A stretch of 64,000 bases of DNA from Phoronis australis (lineage: Eukaryota; Animalia; Phoronida), in the NCBI GenBank assembly GCA_002633005.1, contig NMRA01000377.1:316982-380981 (forward strand). The letters are read 5' to 3'. A program made the translations under genes and the position numbers. The notes beneath the pieces were generated by a model that did not search any database, was not told where the DNA came from, and was given only the letters and a program-made list of their open reading frames with translations. Position 1 is the first letter of the stretch; every line of letters starts with the position of its first letter. This document shows, piece by piece, positions 12,801 to 27,700 of this stretch.

Positions 12801-15690
12801 TCTTGACTAAATGAACTTATCAATAAGGTATTCCTTAACATTCTAAGGTTTTTAGGATCTTATTGACAAGACTACACATTTAGCTGGATATCTACAAAAC
12901 TGTATGTATTTTTCGAAAGCAGAAAATCCGTTAAATTTGATTTTTGACTTTAGACCAATTTGCCATTTGTAAAACTTGCTTTTTTAGTTTTTTAGGAAAG
13001 TTTAGCAAAAATAAAGGTACATTTCTTGCAAAACAACAATATAAATAATATGACCATATTTCTTACGATACAAATATTCAAAAACACCATTACTTTTTTC
13101 TAAAGTATCGTTCCGTTTTCGTTCTATGCAACTTCCAAATCGTTTCATAAAACCATACAAGTTCTATTTTTGATATTTGAGAGCCCTTCGTGCAAAAATG
13201 GAACATTTTAAAGACAATTCCTAAAAGGGTTTTGGAAAACAGTGTTTATAGCGTGGTATATGAGAGTTTCAGTTGAATCTGATCCGCCATTTTTGACGTA
13301 CGATGTTCCGAAGTTGGTATAAATTGCACATTTGTCAAGGGTCCTACATATGTTTTGACAACGGTTGTCACACGATTGACTTTAACTGCATTTGCTAAAG
13401 ATAGGTCGCTATGCCTTGCACTTATATATAATTGCAGGTAAAACGTTCGGCATCCATTGGTTAACCGACAATAGATATCGATTAACCCTTCTGTATTTTT
13501 TAAAATCTCAAATATGAATTCGAATTTAAATTTCATAAATAATCCCCATTACAATGCACCACTCACTGTGTTTGTTTTTGAGGCGTTCACTCGTGAAATA
13601 CATATTGCTGCAGAAATATTTGCAAGACATCGTTTGAACTTGTCAAATAATCGTACCACTTCAAATACTATTTGATAACATACCCACCAGTGGGCGAACC
13701 GAACCTATGTATTCGAGCACGGACGTCCTTGGTCGACGAAAATTTTCTATTTGATCAGGGTCTCTATGGCAACCGATCTGTGGCGGACACGTCCAAATGC
13801 ACTGATCTTGGATTGTAATGCTGTTTGAAGCCAGTCCGCATGGAAATGCACGTTATTCACACGAAAATGTTTAAGTTTGCAACGAAGAAGACTCAAGATA
13901 ATAAGGCCAACTAACACAGTTGAGTTCCGGTTTGTGACTTTTTGCGCAGATGCTGTTTATTTTTCGAAAAAAATCCACGTGATAAAATGGTGTATTTTTT
14001 CTTCGTCTCAATCAATAATGAACCCTTTTTAGTTATTGATTGACGTTCAGAGGATGATTGAGACCTTGCTAGACAAGTCACGATGCTTGGATGCGTTTGT
14101 CTGACTTTTTAAAAGTTTGCGAGCTTGGCTGAACTTGAGACGGACGACATTTTCTTTAAGCAGTGAAGCGCAGATTTCAAAACGAATCGGACTGCATATC
14201 AGAGCCAACTATGCGTTCATAGGTTGACGGACAATAATCACGTACAGGACTCCCGCGGATTTTAAGAATCAGCTTGATGAGCGGATACATGTAATTGTCT
14301 CTCATTTCCATTCAGGGCATTTTTCAAACATTGCGGCTTTTTCCCGTTGCTCCCAACTTGTTCGATTCTATAGCCCAACAACAAGTTGGGAAGTTTAGCC
14401 CTGTAGCCAATATCTTCATTCTGGCATTTATGGTTGGAGGACCAGCTCTCTTTTGTTCGATAATTGGTCTCATCTCCAATAAGATCGTATCTAGCCTGAC
14501 TGGGCTGTGCTGTTAAAAATAAATGTTAAGTTATAACTTATTTGAACATAAACCAAAAGCATTTCTGAAATCCTCGTCAAATGGTGATCATGTTTAGTTT
14601 TTGAATGGCCGAAATCGCCCAACTACAACTGAAGTTACGACAATCTATTCTTTCCGAACGTATCAATTCGCTCTGGGTTTGACTATGTTCACAGGTAGTC
14701 TGTAATAAGCCTAGTAGATAATTGGCCTGCTTGTTGTCATACCAGACAAAAGACTGTGCTTGGCAGTTAGCAAAGAAGCTAGATGTTACCACACGCTCAC
14801 AACCCTCTACGTCTGGTAAAGTCACTGAACGGGAAAACGCCGTCATGATTGTTTGCGGGTGAGACATTGTGCGTCGCCCACGCTTACATCAAAACTGTCT
14901 TCTCCGCTTCGATTCCTTTCAATAAAAAATGAATTTGCAACCAAGATAAAATTTTACATGCTTGATGAATTTGCTATAAGACCAAGGAGAAACAACAAGG
15001 GAGCTGAAAAGTCGTGAGACTCTGCATATCAATTGCGGAAAACCCAATCTCAATAGGCAACTGGCACACCACAGGTTGTCATTGTAATATAGTCCACTAT
15101 TATACTCCTCTGTACCTGACTGTGTCTCATTACTTAGTATTGTTGTGCCCAGTAAGGTGGTCACTGTTTCACTTCTAATATTGTTTCAATAGACACCGAA
15201 ACATGTCAAACCGATTTAAATGTAAATCAATCAACGCTTAACACCATTATTTCGACATATGAAACTGAACTTAGAATTACTAAGATTTATTCTTCTAATT
15301 TCAGTTGATACTGTATACATACACATATACATGTATTATATACATGTACCTATACGCATACACGCACACCGACGTTGAGTAGCATCTGGTCGCAGCGCTA
15401 GCGAGTGATTTTCTTTATCACCGGGCACGCCCACGTAAAAGTAACTTACGTACGCTTCACCTATCTTGGTTTTTTCTTGCGACGTCACGAATGTAAAAAT
15501 TTCATTTATAAAACGAATAGATTGTGACCCTGGCGGTGAACCAGTCAATTTCTCAAGATAGTGATTGTATACCTTATCTTATCTAAACAAGCGGGTATTT
15601 GATTTTTGGGAGTACTACATTTAGGGTTTGTTTGAAAACCTTGAGGTATCGCAAGGCACGCTGTAGAGCTCAATCTGAGGCAGCGCAGAG

Positions 15691-15738
15691 ATGACCTTGC
15701 TCTGGTTATTTTTACTTTTTGTATTTAATGAATTTCAG
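15691..15738 (+). CDS. Gene 2 first coding exon 1a (signal peptide)
   Basis: ATG..MTLLWLFLLFVFNEFQ, consensus donor CAG|GTAAGT, phase 0; spliced to 20484 gives ...FQDVNA/KG, a plausible cleavage site. Confidence 0.65.
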
Positions 15739-18700
15739 GTAAGTACACGGAAATGTGTGACAATCTATAGCTTTGTATCATTGGTTTACGTCAGAAAATG
15801 AAAAAAAAAAAAATTCTTTCAGTAGTTAAGGTATATCCGTGAGATTAAGAGAAATTTTGGAACCAAGAAGAGCTCAAATATTTAGAATTTCTTCTCATTT
15901 ATTGATGGTATATTTGTGTGTGATCTCATATTTTATAAACGCGTTGTCGATTGCAGAAAGACATTTCTGGTCCGTTTGGTGTTAGTACTATAGCTTGTCC
16001 TGATGTATGAACTCATTTTTTATAAACGTTCGGAAAACATTCGGAATCTATATGTGACCAAAGAGTCTTGCAAGATTGCTCAGCTAGTGGAGAATTACTA
16101 CACTGTATGTCATTCGGTTTTAGTCCCACACTTGAAAAGCGCCAGTTCTATTTGTAGTCAAAAGCAGTTCAGCTATTAAAATGAATTCTTGTATTTAGAA
16201 TCTACGAAAACTAATTTCTGACGTTCAACTAATGTAAATTTATTCTAATTTTGTTGTATTTCAACATGTTGTCTTGGATTTGTTTAAAATTATACAATCA
16301 AAAGACGAAGCAAGAGCTCTAAAACTAGACTACTTGGTCACGCGTGGGAGTTGGCATTCCATTCCTCCAGTTGTAGGTTTGATGAATGGAACACGAATAA
16401 CACCCTGTGGCGCAATCAAATCAGCTGCGAACGGTATAGATGACGAAAAAATTGACTATCCAACATTCATGAAGTCCCACAATTAATTTAACACCCTAGT
16501 AAACGAAAGCCCCGAGGAAAAGTCGATCTATGCCCATTGTTTGATTCACACTCAAACTGAGGGTGGGATGGGCGAATTTATTGTTGAAAAGCAAACAGGA
16601 ATGTAGTAAAGTAAAGTAAAAAAGCGAAAAGCAAATTTGTACAGGGATTCATAAAACATTCGCCGAGACTGTAAACTGGGCGTTGTTAGAACACCTTTGA
16701 CCTCGTGAACACAATAGATTGAATATAGAGAAATTTAATACATGTACAAAACACGACATTCGGTATTTCTGATTCAACTCAACTTTAAACCCAAAGTCGG
16801 CCTAGCACATCAAAACATTGTTTGCTGAAGGACCGAGACGCATAATATGAGATATGATTAAATCTTCTCAAGTCTGAAAGTAATTAAATTTGGAGCCGTG
16901 TATCAATGAAAGGCATGTAATTTACTGGACGCGAAGATAACCCAGAGTATAGAACTGTCATTCATGAATGGCGGGGGTTTCATTAACCAAACATTAGGTT
17001 TAAGCAACAGCAAGTTCCATACGCTTTCAGCAACAATTTCAAACGCAACTGAGTACATATTACACAGCAACATAGACGTTGGAAAACAGCGATTCCTCTT
17101 AAGGGATCAAGGTTTTTCAACGTCCGTGGCGAGTCACAGATTTTTATAACTTGTGATACCTCAGAGGCATTGCTAAATATCCAGCATAGGTGTGATTCAA
17201 GTAGTTGTTGTTGTAAAGACAATAATTATAGCGTACGAAGCAAAAATGTGTTTTGAATTTACAAAGTTTAACGTTAAGCCTGTACAGTAACATTATCAGC
17301 ACTAAAACAGCTCCTACGCCAGGCCCGTAGCCAGCATTGGACGGGGGGTGGTTCGAATTTCTAGAAAGGTGGACCTTTTGCAAACGTCAACACTCAAGTT
17401 CTTGGTAAGGCGCTTGTCGCAGGTTAATTATGGGGAAGGGAAATATGTATCCGCGGCAACGATGGCTCTCAGCTCTATGCTCCTGAGATAAGACGGAATT
17501 TGTAATACCAGAAATGAGGATGTCGTGACGATTGCTCGCAAACAACAGGAATTAAATTCGGTCGTAATGTGATCCATAAATATAACCTAACGTTCTCGCC
17601 ATACCGTGAATAATGAGCTTACAAGGAATTCACGCCTTTCTAAAGATGTGCGGAAAGTTTCACTGCCCTTCTGAGCGGCTTTCACCGGGATGCAAAGAGA
17701 GTGCATCGTCGGTGTCGGATACGGTTGTGTTGACCGCATTGTCCTGCGCGAGCAAGACCCAATTAAGTGTAATTGTCCAACCATAAACTGTCGTAATCAT
17801 CACTGCCTGTACGTAATGGTGAATTTTCAAATTGCATTTATCAATAATTTTCGTTAAAAAGGAATACCATGGCGGTACTCAGCGGTAAAAACAACCAAGT
17901 TAGGTTTTCGATTATTAAAAATCGATGAACTTAAAAAGCTAAAAACAGCAAACATTGGGTACGATTGAAGATAAACGATCGTGCGTATCGATACAATCGG
18001 GGGATTTACAAACGCTGATCAGAGTTGCCAATATATCACATTTATTATTCTTTTAATATTCTTTCAATCTCGTTTAACCAGATCTTTGACTAGGAAACAG
18101 TTGTATTTAACTTGTGCCCACTCTATATTTTTATGGCTGACAAAAAGCTACATTAGTTATATAGTTAGTGCAACCAAAATCGTCCAGAGATTCCAAATCT
18201 TCAGTTTGGCTATCACCATTTGCACTTCTGTACACATTTCATGATTTGAGTTCTAATAAAGATTAAACTTGAACTAATGACATGTGGTTTTGTTCGCTGT
18301 GAAATGTTTAGTGTAGCTGCAATCTGGAAAGTTCAGGGATGGGTTCACAATTAATTAAACTAATTAAGTTTCGGTGGTGATCAAATCTACTACTGTTTTT
18401 GGTACTTCAAGTTTAAAATAAAGTAAAAAGATATCAACCCGTTCCTGGTAAGAAAAAAACAAGTATGAAAATGAAATAACACAAACCGGCATGAAACATT
18501 TAAAACCATCGTTCCTTTCGGAAGCTGTCCACGGTCAAGATAAACATAAATTAACATTTTTAGTCATTTTGTAATGTTTAAAATGTACCAAGTTAAAACT
18601 GCTCGCTACAGTTGCAGACTGTAACTTTGTGAAAATGCCAGAGACAACCAATTTAGGTGAACTAACAACCATCATTCTTGAGACAGTAGTGCTAGCTATT

Positions 18701-21700
18701 ACCTTTCGACTTCATTAGCTCAAATCTACACCAATACAAAGGGCGACCTGAATAGGCATCATAAAAGTTATCTGGGGCTAAAAAAAACTTTAGAAGGTAG
18801 CTAACCTTCGGAGTAGTGAACCTTCGGTCATGTACTTGTAATCTTGGAAATCTTTTCCATCAAAATTGTTGCTCGTACGAAATCTGCGAAGCTGTGTACC
18901 ATTGACATTGACTGACAAGAGAAGACTTTCTCCATTAAGTTTTAATTAGGTCAAGACTTACCTAATAATGTGAACATGCGGGGATTTCTCAGTGCAAGAA
19001 TACACGGTAGCTAAATGTCTGAGTTTTGAGAAACGATAGAGTAGTCAGTGAACTTACCGTCGGCGTGTACTGAATTTAATAGAACGGAAACGCACACACG
19101 TGTACACGCATGCATGTCAATCCACCAATCCACAATCAAAGTGGACACTTGATGATCAAGATATTTGGGGATCACTTTAAATTTCTAAATTTGAAAATGC
19201 TTGCAATTAATCCAAACTATGCTAGAAAGTACACCAAAGTAGCAAATATCAAACCCATTTTCTGCTGTTTTGTTTATCGCACTACATTTGGGTATCTCGC
19301 TCGATGCTATAAAGTTTGGGCTAGGCATAGACATTTACTTCTAGACTTCTTTGTTACCCTATGGTGTAGACAGAGACCTAGCGCTATCAATGCCGATGAA
19401 TAACATAAAACATCCTCTAATCGTCATATACGCAGTCACCACTCGGGCCGGATACGACCCGATGATTATGTAAAGCGCTTATCATCAGAAGCAAATTCAA
19501 AATTACTATTAACTTATTTATGATTGTGGTTAGTAGAACTTATAGTTACAACATTTTTTTGTCCATCTAGTAAACCCTATCTTATCCTCATTAGATAGGC
19601 ACGGGCTGGACCTTTTCCTCGGAGAGGGGTTCCATCGAACCCCCGGAACCCCCCTGGCTACAGGGCTGCTAATGCGAATGCGAACCTAGAACCTTCGCGG
19701 TCACAATCATACTTAGAAATAACAAAAATTAGCAGTGATAACAACAATAACAACAATGATAACAACAACAATAATAACTTATAAGAATAATGATAATAAC
19801 AGTGATATTTGCAATAACATGTTTGAGTAATTATTGTTATTACTAATTATCCATGTTATTATAATTATTGCTGTCGCTGTTCTAGTTACTAATTATTATT
19901 ATTATTATTAACAGCATAATAATTAATATTCCTTTATCAACGATTATTGCTATTGCAATAATTATTACTACTATAACCACTTGGTATTATTATTACTATA
20001 ACAATCATTATAACTACTATTATTACTAATTATTATCATTACTTGTGGCGGGACAGGCTGCCGCCCATTAGTGCTAGTCACTATTCATATTCTGGTGTCA
20101 ATTGTGACTTTGAGCTATTTGTTGGCTAGTTATTGATAGGCAAATGCCCATGCTGGTTCTTTGGATACCGCGAGGTTTGAGTCAATCTTTTATCAGAGTT
20201 TGTGAAGCGTGGTTCATCGTTGACATACTTACAAAATACGATGAAAGTGCAGTCACTGGTCTTATTATTTACTTGTGAACTGATACTGTTTATGACCATC
20301 ATCAAAGGAATGCCGACAAGTTTTCAGGGAGTTAGTCAAGGTGCAGAACAAAACGGTTTTCCAACTACATATATTAACTCAGTTGTTCAATAATAAACCT
20401 ATTTCTTATATTTCGGGCACAAGGAATTCGTTCAGTGACAGAACTTATGTTCAAAATGTGTAAACCTTTAATTATATTTATAGGACGTCAATGCTAAAGG
20501 AAAACTTCTTGTGAGCTTTCGGAATTTCAACAACCCCAAACACATCGCATTTGATCAGGACTGTTGTGACGGCGTGTTACTGGGAAGTGGGACATGTACT
20601 GGCACGTGTGATCCGGCGTTTGTATTGTGCATGGGATGGAACGGCACGTAAGTGGAAACCAGAACAGGGTCCTCTTTCATAAAAAGACTACTTCTTTGTC
20701 ATTGAGCATGGTGTTTCCAATGTAACTATCACAGCTGAGCAAAACACAGCATTTTTCGGACATACATAGTAAGCATACACTTCTTTATCAGCAAAAGAGA
20801 AATAAAATTGTCCAACGGGCAAGGTCTCTTTTATTTTCATCCTTGTTCTCTACGCTCTCTATCACATGTCCAAGGTAAAGAGGACGAGTGCACCCGGAAC
20901 ACCACGGGTATTTCGCAGCCTCAAATTTCCACTCGGCGGTACATTCATCTACGCATGTGCGAAATTCAGACATGCATTCGGTCATTCTCCAGTTTGGAGG
21001 TCACATGAATTAAGCCACTAAATGCACAGAGAACGTTCATCTACCAAGAGAAGGTTAAGGCTATGAAAATACACGAGTTGTTCTGGATGGGCCCAATGTT
21101 CTTTCATTCCATAAACTATTTCAAGCAAGTTACTTTTTACATTTTATTTCACTAGCATTGATATATTAAAATTAAAAAAAGATGACATTATTGTCCATAA
21201 ATCGAATTTACATTATATCTGGGCATAAGTGACTTTAGCTGACCTGGCACGTCGATTTCCTCTGTGCTTGCACTTGCAAAGGAAACCTCATAGCAGACGC
21301 AACATACCAGGATGAGATCCTGCAGCATTCAGCAATACCGCATGATTCACCGTTTACAACAGGCACGTAAGCAATGCAGTACATTACAATGCTCTGCGCA
21401 TGCGTATAGAAGCACGTCATAAAAATTCCGCAACTTTCGTCATCTCTCTGCTTTAACAATGAAAAATCTACAATGAAGTTTAACATATTCTAAATTTCTG
21501 ATAACCGGAAAAGTTGAATCACACTGAACTTCACTTTTGAGAAAATCGGAAAAAATAAAAAAACACAAACGGCTGTTTTCGAAGTTTTCTTGTTAATGAT
21601 GTCTTTAACAAAAGACGGCATGAACAATCACGGATGTTTTAGCCATTCTCTGTTTCAGTAGCAGCGCATGTACCGGGGCAGGTCAGTTAGAAGCTGTTGA

Positions 21701-24700
21701 AGCTACAAACGAGAACTTCACGTTTGCTGACCAATCTAATGTCCTCATAGATTTTGAAGAGTGGAATGTAAGTATATTTATTATTGGGATAACTATGGAA
21801 ATCCGGAACGGAAAATACTCCAGTACACACATTCTTTTTGCAAGACAAAAATATAATCAAAATCAAAATTTATCATGCCAGATCAGGACCAAAATTCAAC
21901 ACGTCAGATCCGAGAATTTATCACGCCAGGACAGAAAATAAAAAAATTTATTACGTTAGGAAAATTTCACACGTCCGGAAAATTTTACACATCAGGAAAA
22001 TTTTGTGAGACCACGTGACCATCCACAAGCACGTTACCCCTCGAAGAGATGACGTAATGTGTACACAATGTCTAGCCGACGACAGTCATATTATCGTGAC
22101 AATAATGTTGAATTTCTGTCGTCTCTTCCACGTTTTCCAACAGAAGCCAAATGTACACTTGGATACACTAGTCTTGAATACGACTGAGTTTTACAGACAC
22201 AGCGGATCGTCATTGTCAGGTGGTCTCCTGGCATAAAATTTTCTCCTGGCAAGAAATTTTCTCCTAGCCAGAAAGTCCATGTCCGGACGTGATAAATTTT
22301 GTGTCCTTGCTAGATAAACTATAGGTTCTGGATAGTTAAATTTTGGTTTTGAATCTATCTTTTGGTCATGCAGAGAATTTTATTCTCGAATAGAAAATTT
22401 GTGTCCTGGATTTTTCCGCGTTGGCTTTCCATAGATAAATAATTTGCTCATTGTTCAAGGTGTACTAATATACAAAAAATCTGCAAGGTCACAAATTCAA
22501 CTGCAACAGATTGAGTAATTTAAAGATGAAATATATCAAGTTCTTTACCACATGGAGGCTCATGGTCCCTAGCTTTTGTACTCGATATCGAAAATATTTG
22601 TGACTTTTTCATTCTACTGACTATAGGTACTCGAGTATAATATGGTTCTCTAATCCAATTTCTGACGTAAAAACTCAAAATTTCGTTTCAGATTTCGAGA
22701 TTTTGAATTACAATAATCGAACTTGTAACTTAAAAATGCTTGGGTCTTCAAATACTTACTAGGATTTAGAGAGTGATCCACGTAAGCTACTACATAATCA
22801 CGCTCAGGATAATAGAAAATTATCTCGAGTTTGTACTAAGGTAGAACGGGGGTCAAAAAGAATTTCAAGTACTATGATTTGACACAGAGCCAGGACTGGT
22901 CTTTGGAATGAACCTAAAGATTTTTTGCATTGCGACTACACTCAGCTAAAGTCTTTGTGACAAAAGTTTTTCGGAATATACATGAGCGCAAAATTGTAGA
23001 ATTCTACAGTGATACACCCAAGTGAAAATTTTTAAGAAAAAATCCGAAAAATGCTCCGCAAAAAAGAATGCCATGGTTGGGGCTTACGCTTACTTACGTA
23101 AAAAAGCAAATTTGACTATCGTGCAAATTTTAGGCAGGAAAAAGATTTAAAGCATTTTCCTTAGTCCAGAACAAAAGACATTTTCCCAGTTTTATTATTA
23201 AACGTAGACTAAGAACTTCCATATAACTTTATAAAATATTTACTTGCGTCCCCACGGTAAAAGGTGAATGTTCATTCTCTTTAGATTGCATACTTTGGAG
23301 CTAAACATAAAATGAGCGCTGAGCCATTTTTGGTGATTTCAATTATTGGGGACAAGTAAAACAACACAAGAATAATATGTTAAGTTGTATTGGGAATTTC
23401 AGGGTCACAGATCTACCTTAATTACAAGAGTTAACACAAACATTTGAGGTACACAATGAGTAATTGGGTATCACAGATTAGTATAATACCAAATAGGTAC
23501 TAATACCAAATGGGAAATGGCCGATTACCTACCAAGTTGGTCGAGCAAAACGGCAAATTCAATAATAAGTACCAAATGGGTACAAACTGCCAATGGGCAA
23601 ATATTATAAAGTACCAAGTGGGTACACCAAACGGCCAACTGGACTTAACAACCTGGCAAAGCAGGTTGCGCACAAGCTGAGGGAGCAGACGAGCCGGAGA
23701 GATAAAAAAGATATTGTAAGGAACGTGGTGTTGTGGCTTAGTTTGTGTCGAGAGATGTGACCGGGGTGGAGAGAGGCAATCCACAGTGACAGACGCTAAA
23801 GCGCAGTTTTGGTCGCTAACCAATGAAGTCTTCTCCTGCTTGACGGCAACGCGTTCCGGGCTTGAAGGAGGTACCAGCAGTGACTGTAATAAGAACTATA
23901 ACCAGCAGCAGATTTTGTTCGACTCAGGGTAGGGAGGGTGGGATAGGTATATAACTGTTTCATTGCCGGAGATTTTGTTTAGCACCGCCTCACTGGAGTG
24001 AGATTAACTAAAAAACTTACTATTGTGTTACAGAATGGTGGGTGGTCTTTCCCTAAAGTTGTGTTAGAGAGCTGGATGGGAAAGTCGTTGTTAATATCTG
24101 TTGATAAGACAAAGTACAATATCAAAGGGTCCAAAACTAAAGGAATGCCACCGTTTTTGTTTTTGTCCATTTGTCAACTCTGCCNTCACGACAGGCAGGA
24201 CCAAAATTCAACACGTCAGATCCGAGAATTTATCACACCAGAACAGAAAATTAAAAAAATTATTACGTCAGGAAAATTTCACACGTCCGGAAAATTTCAC
24301 ACGTCAGGAAAATTTTGTGAGACCACGTGACCATCCACAAGCACGTTACCCCTCGAAGAGATTACGAAATGTGTACACAATGTCTAGCCGACGACAGTCA
24401 TATTATCGTGACAACAATGTTGAATTTCTGTCGTCTCTTCCACGTTTTCCAACAGAAGCCAAATGTACACTTGGATACCCTAGTCTTGAATACGACTGAG
24501 TTTCACAGACACAGCGGATCGTTATTGTCGGGTGGTCTCCTGGCATAAAATTTTCTCCTGGCAAGACATTTTCTCCTAGCCAGAAAGTCCATGTCCGGAC
24601 GTGATAAATTTTGTGTCCTGGCTAGATAAACTATAGGTTCTGGATAGTTAAATTTTGGTTTTGAATATATTTTTTTGGTCATGCAGAGAATTTAATTCTC

Positions 24701-27700
24701 GAATAGAAAATTTGTGTCCTGGATTTTTCCGCGTTGGCTTTCCGTAGATAAATAATTTGCTCATTGTTCAGGGTGTACTAATATACAAGAAATCTGCAAG
24801 GTCACAAATTCAACTGGAACAGATTGAGTAATTTTAAGATGAAATATATCAAGTTCTTTACGACATGGGGGCTCATGGTCCCTAGTTTTTGTACTCGATA
24901 TCGAAAATATTTGTGACTTTTTTCATTCTACTGACTATAGGTACTCGAGTATAATATGGTTCTCTAATCCAATTTCTGACGTAAAAACTCAAAATTTCGT
25001 TTAAGATTTCGAGATTTTGAATTACAATAATCGAACTTGTAACTTAAAAATGCTTGGGTCTTCAAATACTTAATAGGATTTAGAGAGTGATCCACGTAAG
25101 CTACTACATAATCACGCTCAGGATGATAGAAAATTATCTTGAGTTTGTACTAAGGTAGAACGGGGGTCAAAAAGAATTTCAAGTACTATGATTAGACACA
25201 GAGCCAGGACTGGTCTTTGGAATGAACCTAAAGATTTTTTGCCTTGCGACTACACTCAGCTAAAGTCTTTGTGACAAAAGTTTTTCGGAATATACATGAG
25301 CGCAAAAATTGTAGAATTCTACAGCGATACACCCAAGTGAAAATTTTTAAGAAAAAATCCGAAAAATGCTCCGCAAAAAAGAATGCCATGGTTGGGGCTT
25401 AGGCTTACTTACGTAAAAAAGCAAATTTGACTATCGTGCAAATTTTAGGCAGGAAAAAGATTTAAAGCGATCTTTGTATTAGAAAATGTCGCTTTAATAT
25501 TTCTGAAAAATTAATTATACATTTTCCTTAGTCCAGAACAAAAGACATTTTCCCAGTTTTATTATTAAACGTAGACTAAGAACTTGCATATAACTTTATA
25601 GAATATTTACTTGCGTCCCCACGGTAAAAGGTGAATGTTCATTCTCTTTAGATTGCATACTTTGGAGCTAAACATAAAATGAACGCTGGGCCTTTTTTGG
25701 TGATTTCAATTATTGGGGACAAGTAAAACAACACAAGAACAATATGTTAAGTTGTATTGGGAATTTCAGGGTCACAGATCTACAAATAATTATTTCAGAG
25801 AAGATACCAGATGGGCACCTTAATTACAAGAGTTAACACAAACATTTGAGGTACACAATGAGTAATTGGGTATCACAGATTAGTATAATACCAAAAAAGT
25901 ACTAATACCAAATGGGAAATGGCCGATTACCTACCAAGTTGGTCGAGCAAAACGGCAAATTCAATAATAAGTACCAAATGGATACAAACTGCCAAATGGG
26001 CAAATATTATAAAGTACCAAGTGGGTACACCAAACGGCCAACTGGGCTTAACAACCTGGCAAAGCAGGTTCCGCACAAGCTGAGGGAGCAGACGAGCCGG
26101 AGAGATAAAAAAGATATTGTAAGGAACGTGGTGTTGTGGCTTAGTTTGTGTCGAGAGATGTGACCGGGGTGGAGAGAGGCAATCCACAGTGACAGACGCT
26201 AAAGCGCAGTTTTGGTCGCTAACCAATGAAGTCTTCTCCTGCTTGACGGCAACGCGTTCCGGGCTTGAAGGAGGTACCAGCAGTGACTGTAATAAGAACT
26301 ATAACCAGCAGCAGATTTTGTTCGACTCAGGGTAGGGAGGGTGGGATAGGTATATAACTGTTTCATTGCCGGAGATTTTGTTTAGCACCGCCTCACTGGA
26401 GTGAGATTAACTAAAAAACTTACTATTGTGTTACAGAATGGTGGGTGGTCTTTCCCTAAAGTTGTGTTAGAGAGCTGGATGGGAAAGTCGTTGTTAATAT
26501 CTGTTGATAAGACAAAGTACAATATCAAAGGGTCCAAAACTAAAGGAATGCCACCGTTTTTGTTTTTGTCCATTTGTCAACTCTGCCCCCATTCATCTGC
26601 CAATGCAGACTAACTTAAACTGACAGTCTGTTCTGACCCATTATTTCAATTTTGACTCATTATTTTAATTTTGACCAAGTATGCCCATTCCCATCCATTC
26701 TATCCATTTTCACTAGTTAGACCATCACTCACTCGTTAAGTAGGTTTCATTTCAATCTAAAACTAAAGGTAATTTGTAGCACACATAGTTTTTGATCCAT
26801 CATTTTGAAATGGACATTATAGGACAAAATGGACAGCCGTGGGTCAGTATATAGATATTTCTTTACAGGGTGATACACAAAATGGACAGCCGTGGGTCAG
26901 TATATAGGTATTTCTTTACAGGGTGGTACACAATTGCTGATAACTGCAGAAGACTATGACACAGCAACGACACAACTTATCGACAGGTTTGTCGTAACAC
27001 ACAAACAGGAAGTTTGTGATGAAAACGAGGCCGCCGCCATCAATAGCTGCAACACCATGGTCGCGACCGGAAGTCGAAAGAATCCTACCACGTAAGTCTC
27101 ATTTTCAACAATTTAAAAATATCGTAGTGTAGTTCGCTGAGGAAACGACATATGCAAGAATTTATGTACTCGTTTATGTAGCTAGACTTTTTGCCACCTA
27201 TTTCGATACATGTGAGTGCCCTGGCCTAGTGTTATCAACATTCTGGGGACAACTAAGTCGTGCGGCATTCTCGAGTGTCTTCCCGAACCCTGGACGGACT
27301 GAAAAGGGTAAATAGACAATTAGAAGTTAAAAGAGATACCTTAGCAACGGCAGTTGTCTGGGGCTTACTCTTGGAAGTGGTACACTTCCACTGCCATAAC
27401 TACTGTACCCCATGCGTTACGTCGCCTTTATGATAGTTTAAATCAATTAATTTGAAGCCGAAAACCATGAGCTTCTAAACTATAGGCGTACTTTAATGCC
27501 ACTCAATTTTCCAGCGCATTTGCATATTGCGTGAAAAGCAGTGGCAAATGATTGGAGGCGATGTTTGCTGATGACTCAGACCGCGCCCCGTTTTGTTTCA
27601 GTTTGGAGATATGTATGGCGGCGTTCTGCGACAAGCACTATTATACAGCCGACTGCTCCGTGTTGTGCGTTCCCCAGGACGACTGTTACGGACACTACAC

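Noticed and set aside
16075-16135. tRNA-like A/B box sequence
   Set aside because: No foldable cloverleaf; consistent with a decayed SINE head rather than a tRNA gene.
23500-26613. Duplicated ORFs (MVSDQNC..., MDKNKNGG..., MRLTKKL...) suggesting a paired small-gene system
   Set aside because: They sit in the N-flanked haplotype duplication within an intron, differ by frameshifts between copies and have no recognisable domains.
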